Below are positions 63,956 through 64,000 of a DNA stretch of 64,000 nt, in pieces; positions within the stretch are counted from its first letter, which is position 1, and every line of letters starts with the position of its first letter. The DNA is from an uncultured Alphaproteobacteria bacterium (GTDB taxonomy: Bacteria > Pseudomonadota > Alphaproteobacteria > Azospirillales > Azospirillaceae): the NCBI GenBank assembly GCA_963848585.1, contig CAWKET010000001.1, positions 3,812 through 67,811 of the forward strand, written 5' to 3'. Under the pieces are notes generated by a model, which saw only the letters and a list, made by a program, of their open reading frames with translations, did no database searches and had not been told where the DNA came from. The position numbers were made by a program, and so were the translations under genes.

Positions 63956-64000
63956 GTGCGACGTTTTCAATGAGTGTTTGTTGATGATGATGGTGTTGTG

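Overview
High-GC alphaproteobacterial chromosomal segment. Gene content and order suggest Azospirillaceae (Skermanella/Azospirillum-like); this is inferred, not searched. Most genes, including groEL, ahcY, ptsI and cobN, carry apparent single-base indels, and the window ends in (GAT)n and a 53-nt poly-G run. I read these as long-read or assembly errors, so many CDS coordinates span stitched frames and are approximate. Content in order: housekeeping and stress genes (NUDIX, ACT, LivH-like permease, DEAD-box helicase, PAS/HisKA_2 kinase, glgX, topoisomerase IB, epmA, groES-groEL with CIRCE); the hprK-rapZ-EIIA-HPr-EI-ahcY block; a Spy/CpxP-like gene with an OmpR-family two-component pair; a ~24 kb cobalt-uptake/cobalamin cluster (cbiMNQO, bluB, cbiX, cobH/L/I/J/M/K, cbiD, cobA/B/D/Q/O/N/W/U) with two full cobalamin riboswitches and one centrally deleted one; thiC with a TPP riboswitch; and two convergent c-di-GMP phosphodiesterase genes. 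The most notable element is a 737-nt ORF-less group II intron-like insert (62434-63170, minus strand) inside a REC-DUF3369-HD-GYP gene. It has the GUGCG 5' end, an exact EBS1-IBS1 match and a very small domain IV, but stops 11 nt into catalytic domain V. The truncation leaves GGAGG-N10-ATG in frame with exon 2, which could split the gene into a stand-alone receiver and a receiver-less phosphodiesterase.
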